A DNA stretch of 64,000 nt from positions 24,366,001 through 24,430,000 of the forward strand of contig NW_024704743.1 of the NCBI RefSeq assembly GCF_018977255.1. The letters are read 5' to 3'. The position numbers were made by a program, and so were the translations under genes. Below the pieces are notes generated by a model. The model had not been told where the DNA came from. It was given only the letters and a program-made list of their open reading frames with translations, and did not search any database. This document shows, piece by piece, positions 63,379-64,000 of the stretch (position 1 is its first letter; each line of letters begins with the position of its first letter). Source of the stretch: Callorhinchus milii (taxonomy: Eukaryota).

Positions 63379-63744
63379 TTTACAACTCTTTTATTCAGAC
63401 AGAATCTTCTCTTCACTTCCATTCATTCACTTTCAAGCAATATTTGATTTTGGTTGAGAATGTGTAGTTTCACATTTGTTGCGTAAATATAAATTTAAAT
63501 AGGTGTTCGTGACATTTAGCTATTGTAAATTTCATATTCCCCAGTTTTTAAAAAATCTCTGACAGCAAATTATGTTTGAAATATAGACGATCCATGGGGG
63601 AGGGTGGGGTAGTAAGTAGCTTCAAGATAATGTGCCCAGCAATGGAATATTTGAACCAAGTTGACTTTTTATGGTGGGCTTGGTAGTCTGGTTTCTGAGC
63701 CTGGTGGGTCCACTTATCCTACTTGAAGGGATCTATATAATAAA

Positions 63745-64000
63745 AAATAATAATCCTTGCATTTGATATAGCGTTTTTCACGTCTTCCCGACGTCTCAAA
63801 GCGCTTCACAGAATAGACTGTAAAGTGAATTGACCGTATATTTGTGGGCGAAACGTGGCAGCCAATTACGCACAGCAGTGTCCCACAAACAGTCGTGGAT
63901 TGAAAATGACCAATTTATTATTGTTTTTGGTTTTTGGAGGGATTATTATTAGGCTCTGTGTGGAGTAAGGAAACTTGCCCAAGGTTTCACCCTCTGCCTG
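63745..64000 (-). mobile_element. Young tRNA-SINE, short variant (runs off the window)
   Basis: Near-identical to the reverse complement of 60930-61187. Confidence 0.92.

Overview
Eukaryotic, AT-rich, repeat-dense vertebrate DNA. The repeat content (Deu-domain tRNA-SINEs, L2 and CR1/HER1 LINEs, a shark-type Penelope terminus) points to a cartilaginous fish, probably a chimaera such as Callorhinchus milii; this is inferred, not verified. About 61 kb is intergenic or intronic with no convincing protein-coding exon, and most recognisable ORFs in the track are LINE/SINE debris. A roughly 4.8 kb stretch free of recognisable TEs (~19.7-24.5 kb) holds two motif-dense candidate enhancers. A CpG-island promoter at ~61.45-61.76 kb appears to start an unidentified + strand gene, with non-coding exon 1 ending at a strong donor (61759) and a probable exon 2 near 63.1 kb, possibly carrying a 60-aa ORF ending in CCDIF. 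Most notable: a minimal type-I hammerhead ribozyme motif in a Penelope-like fragment (7038-7078, minus); a modular SINE family present with and without a 65-bp internal module; an unclassified dispersed repeat with possible tyrosine-recombinase relics; and inverted SINEs flanking the candidate exon 2. Repeat boundaries were estimated by eye, and family names come from recalled consensus similarity, not database searches.
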